A stretch of 9,796 nt of DNA from Vitrella brassicaformis CCMP3155 (lineage: Eukaryota > Protista > Chromerida), in NCBI GenBank assembly GCA_001179505.1, contig CDMY01000935.1, positions 1 to 9,796 on the forward strand, read 5' to 3'. Below are positions 6,865-9,796 of this stretch, in pieces; within the stretch, counting starts at the first letter, position 1, and every line of letters starts with the position of its first letter. The position numbers and the translations under genes were made by a program. A model generated the notes under the pieces. That model was not told where the DNA came from and did not search any database. It was given only the letters and a program-made list of their open reading frames with translations.

Positions 6865-8200
6865 CGTAACCAACATGCTGCGAATCAAACATACGACGAC
6901 AACACCACACCATCCACAGGGCAATGGCATGATTGAGCGCTTTCATAGATTGCGTCCATACTTGAACAAGCGACAAACCAATTGGGACAGGGTGATCCCA
7001 TTGGTCTTGTATGCGTATCGCACCACCGAACATGAGGCCACTGGCTTCACGCCATTCAAGATGATGACGGGGCGAGAGGCAGTCCATCCCGGTAGCACTG
7101 CGCGGTTGGCTGCGATGAATGAGACGGCGGCCAAGGTGATCGACCCCAAGGACGCCGTCAAGCTCATTAAAGAAGGTCTGCGTATGATCCGTGAAGAGGC
7201 TCTCCGAAACATGGACAGGAAGAAACAACAGGTGGCTGCACGCGAGAAGGACCTACCTGCACCAGGGCAATTCAAGCCAGGAGACAGGGTGCGAATATTC
7301 AGCGACGATATGCCTAAGGGTCTCAACAAAAAGCTCATATCACCATGGCGAATGGTAAGCATCATTGAAGAGAAAACGGGCCCAGTGACCTACAAAGTCC
7401 GACCCTGCGGCACACAGAAGACCAAGAACATCAATGTTGATCGACTGAAAGCAGCGCCACCACCGATGGCTGAATACATACCGGAGAGCCACTTGAGGAG
7501 AGACAGGAGACAAACCGTCCTCAACCAAGATGCATTTCTGACTCCAGATCTGGAGGGTCAGCTCGCTGAATTCGCAGTCGGGCCAGACAATGTGCCATCG
7601 GCAAAGAGAGACACTCACGCGGACGACATCCCTGCAGAACAGACAAAGGAAAGACTTTCCTTCAATCCAGTTGAGCCTGACCCCAGCCTCATGGACACCG
7701 AGCCTGACCCTCGCTTTAACAAAGCCGTTTACCAGGAAGTGAAAGCCAAGAGACGTCACCAGGGCAGGGTGCAATACAAACTGAAATGGCGCTGGTGGCC
7801 GCTCAGTTACGCGACGTGGGAGTACGAAGAGGACCTCAATTGCCCTGAGAGGGTCCAAGAGTTTGAAAACCGAGAGCAAGATACCGACCTTGATCCTCGA
7901 GACGTGCTGTTCCCGTCAGTTGACGAAGCAGTAAGGCTGAGACATTGCCTGGAGCTCGATCGCGAGCATGTGGTCAGAATCGATCGCCTCGATACGAACG
8001 GCATCAAATTCACATATCTCAGCGAACCTACGAGACCGAAGAAGTCAAAGAAAGAGGTTCTCATTGGGAAGTCGACCTTGTGCTCTTTGCGTGAGTTCTT
8101 GAAGAACTACCAGTGGGAAAAAGAAAGGGATGAGCGCGATATGGGCCCCGCCACACGCGACGGAGAGAACAACAGTCAACCAGGGCTGAACGTACTATAG
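6731..8200 (+). CDS. pol: pol fragment 4: integrase core and C-terminal domain, chromodomain, C-terminal extension (homology starts ~6701, QDYFTKWPE)
   Basis: ITDNGSHF (D 6827) and GNGMIERF (E 6935) give D-35-E spacing. AYRTTEHEATGFTPF, FKPGDRV and NVDRLK follow, then the chromodomain. Confidence 0.93.
   Translation: MPFRSAPTAEETVRALIEAVVTRHGLPEEVITDNGSHFVNQLMRDVTNMLRIKHTTTTPHHPQGNGMIERFHRLRPYLNKRQTNWDRVIPLVLYAYRTTEHEATGFTPFKMMTGREAVHPGSTARLAAMNETAAKVIDPKDAVKLIKEGLRMIREEALRNMDRKKQQVAAREKDLPAPGQFKPGDRVRIFSDDMPKGLNKKLISPWRMVSIIEEKTGPVTYKVRPCGTQKTKNINVDRLKAAPPPMAEYIPESHLRRDRRQTVLNQDAFLTPDLEGQLAEFAVGPDNVPSAKRDTHADDIPAEQTKERLSFNPVEPDPSLMDTEPDPRFNKAVYQEVKAKRRHQGRVQYKLKWRWWPLSYATWEYEEDLNCPERVQEFENREQDTDLDPRDVLFPSVDEAVRLRHCLELDREHVVRIDRLDTNGIKFTYLSEPTRPKKSKKEVLIGKSTLCSLREFLKNYQWEKERDERDMGPATRDGENNSQPGLNVL
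7724..7867 (+). other. Chromodomain
   Basis: AVYQEVKAKRRHQGRVQYKLKWRWWPLSYATWEYEEDLNCPERVQEFE aligns without gaps to the HP1-type pattern (G..Y..KW....TWE.E..L.CP.....F). Confidence 0.88.
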
Positions 8201-8271
8201 AAACGGGAGAGTGGCATCTCCTCTCTCGTCACTGAATGCACACAGAAACAGCAAGCGACACCGTGTGCGAC

Positions 8272-8283
8272 TTTTTAAAGGGA
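8272..8283 (+). promoter_or_regulatory. Possible polypurine tract remnant (TTTTTAAAGGGA followed by TGT)
   Basis: T-run plus short purine run 71 nt after the pol stop, followed by TGT. The tract is short and no LTR follows. AAGGGCGAGGGG at 8321-8332 is an alternative candidate. Confidence 0.3.
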
Positions 8284-8684
8284 TGTCTTCTTTGGTCAAG
8301 ATGTTCGTGTTTTCGTGTACAAGGGCGAGGGGTGCGTGTACATGTGTGTGAGTGAGTGTGAATGAATGTGAGCGTGCGTACGTGTTACATGATGATTTTG
8401 AAGCCTCCGAGTCGGGCGAAGCCCCAGCAGCAGGAACGGGAAGGGTCTTCCTGACTGAACCTGCATGAGGCAGCAGTGCACACAGTGTGTATTTGTGTGT
8501 GTGTGCGTGCCTGCTTTCGCCAGAGAATGAGGACTCCCATGCCTCAGAAAGGGTGCTGCACTGCAGCCGGTTCTCATCTCCAACTGCCAGAACACAGAGG
8601 GACGGTCATTGATGGGTTGGGCCGTGCTGGAGGCGAAGCAGAGGAAGGAGTTTTTACCACTGTCTGTGTGTTTTCTTCTTCGTG

Positions 8685-8702
8685 GTGTGTGTGTGTGTGT
8701 GT
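8685..8702 (+). repeat. (GT)9 microsatellite within a GT-rich flank (~8330-8750)
   Basis: Read directly from the sequence. Confidence 0.9.
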
Positions 8703-8810
8703 GCATGTTGTGTCGTGCCGTGTAGTGTTGGGTATGCGTGCGTGTGGGAGAGTCTGCTCCCTTGTACCATGATTGTAGATAGCTGGAGGCAGCTGTTCAC
8801 ACGAATGCCG

Positions 8811-9092
8811 GTCGGCGGCAGGGTTTTTGCGGAGGATTCTTCATGAAGAAGAGGCTGGAGAAGACCAGCGGCGAACGAAGCTCTTCCTCTTGACGCGGGC
8901 GAAGAATAAGAGCCCGTGGGCCAAGGGAGCAGAGAGACGTCTCGAGCTCGCGTGGCCTCCATGCACGAGACGATCGAATTCATCATACGCAGAGCGCATT
9001 GCGCTCAGAGTGCTCATTCGGCTCAGACGGAGCAAGCGTCAAAGAAAGAGAAGCGTCTGACGGAGGTCTGTCTGACGAGTCCGTCAGTCCGT
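8811..9092 (+). repeat. Left arm of 282-bp inverted repeat
   Basis: Reverse complement of 9432-9713 with no indels and 8 mismatches (8814, 8841, 8842, 8844, 8926, 8931, 8958, 8982). Confidence 0.97.
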
Positions 9093-9161
9093 GAGGATCG
9101 AATCAGTCAGTCACGATTCTCATCAATGATTCAGATACCCCTTTCTGGTTACCCTACAGCA
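9091..9161 (-). repeat. Inverted copy of 804-874, abutting the inner end of the left foldback arm
   Basis: Manual alignment, 68/71 identity, no indels. Confidence 0.96.
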
Positions 9162-9431
9162 TTCCCTCCCTTAGAATGCTGTGGGCTCCGAACAGCATCC
9201 CTATTCACTGCAGGGTGCTTCTGCCTTCTGCATGTCTACTGAATGAGAGAAAGTAGGGCATGCATGTAGATCCATTGTAAGTACAAAATTCTGCCTTGTG
9301 TGTCGATAGTGTGACCTGTGTTGGCACCCGCCCGACTCGCTGGTGCCCGAGTCAGATGGGCAGGGCACCACGTTCCCCAGGTGCCCCTTTCGCGCACCAC
9401 CATGCGCACCACACGGATTTCAGACATTGAG

Positions 9432-9713
9432 ACGGACTGACGGACTCGTCAGACAGACCTCCGTCAGACGCTTCTCTTTCTTTGACGCTTGCTCCGTCTG
9501 AGCCGAATGAGCACTCTGAGCGCAATGCGCTCTGCGTATGACGAATTCGATCGTCTCGTGCATGGGGGCCACGCGAGCTCGAGACGTCTCTCGGCTCTCT
9601 TGGCCCACGGGCTCTTATTCTTCGCCCGCGTCAAGAGGAAGAGCTTCGTTCGCCGCTGGTCTTCTCCAGCCTCTTCTTCCTAGAGAATCCTCCGCAAAAA
9701 CCCTGCCGCAGAC
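9432..9713 (-). repeat. Right arm of 282-bp inverted repeat
   Basis: Pairs with 8811-9092 at 274/282 identity by manual alignment. Confidence 0.97.
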
Positions 9714-9796
9714 AGACGTGTTATGAGGGAGTGAGCACGCTCAGGAGATGACAGTGGCAGCCAAATCAAGTCACACGTGCAGTCGGATAGAGGCAG

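Larger units (their letters stand above)
2968..8200 (+). pseudogene. pol: pol, disrupted by frameshifts near 4852, 5484-5490 and 6700
   Basis: One continuous Gypsy Pol domain series is split over four ORFs. The frame changes fall inside conserved RT and integrase motifs rather than between domains. Confidence 0.88.
1301..8283 (+). mobile_element. Ty3/Gypsy LTR retrotransposon, defective copy with chromodomain-bearing integrase; 3' LTR not found, both boundaries approximate
   Basis: gag followed by pol domains in Gypsy order PR-RT-RH-IN, PBS just upstream of gag, CCHC knuckle, YVDD, D-D35-E and chromodomain all read from the translations. Identity is secure; end points are inferred. Confidence 0.92.
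8811..9713. mobile_element. Foldback / MITE-like non-coding element with 282-bp inverted arms and a 339-bp spacer
   Basis: Arms are directly visible. No transposase and no target-site duplication were found, so the mobile-element interpretation is an inference. Confidence 0.5.

Noticed and set aside
2251-7879. Antisense ORFs over gag/pol (2251-2724, 3621-4172, 6665-7228, 7340-7879 and others)
   Set aside because: These are shadow ORFs expected opposite GC-rich coding sequence, with no domain signatures.
8296-8772. ORFs 8296-8706 (-) and 8476-8772 (+)
   Set aside because: Their HTHT and CVCV runs are translations of GT/CA microsatellites.
9070-9105. Hammerhead-like text CTGACGA-GTCC...GTGAGGAT-CGAA at the inner end of the left arm, and CTGACGA...GAAA on the minus strand of the right arm
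   Set aside because: The left copy has GAAT instead of GAAA and spans the arm/spacer junction. In neither copy could I build stems I and III with a UH cleavage site.
8841-9726. Near-identical short ORFs on opposite strands (8841-9035 / 9489-9683, 8916-9242 / 9420-9608 and others)
   Set aside because: They are by-products of the inverted repeat and show no recognisable protein motifs.

Overview
Eukaryotic-looking DNA (GC-rich coding sequence, GT/CA microsatellite-rich flanks; organism cannot be determined from the window). It is dominated by one + strand Ty3/Gypsy (Metaviridae-type) LTR retrotransposon. The order is: probable 5' LTR ending ...CAACA (1619), tRNA-Gly-like primer binding site (1624-1641), intact gag (1664-2980), a canonical -1 frameshift site with a predicted pseudoknot (2968-3032), then pol (long transframe spacer, aspartic protease, dUTPase-like domain, RT, RNase H, integrase, chromodomain, and an unexplained ~110-aa C-terminal domain) ending at 8200. 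pol is broken by three frameshifts and probably one in-frame deletion, so this copy is defective. I found no 3' LTR matching the 5' region. Downstream is a 903-bp foldback structure with 282-bp, 97% identical inverted arms (8811-9092 / 9432-9713). Its spacer carries a 71-bp segment whose inverted copy lies upstream of the retroelement (804-874). The most interesting leads are a chromodomain plus a possibly PC4-like domain on an RT/integrase that does not look like a classical chromovirus, an MKLRSG acidic-patch-type motif at the Gag N-terminus, and the nested inverted repeats. All family comparisons were made by eye from remembered consensus sequences; no searches were run.
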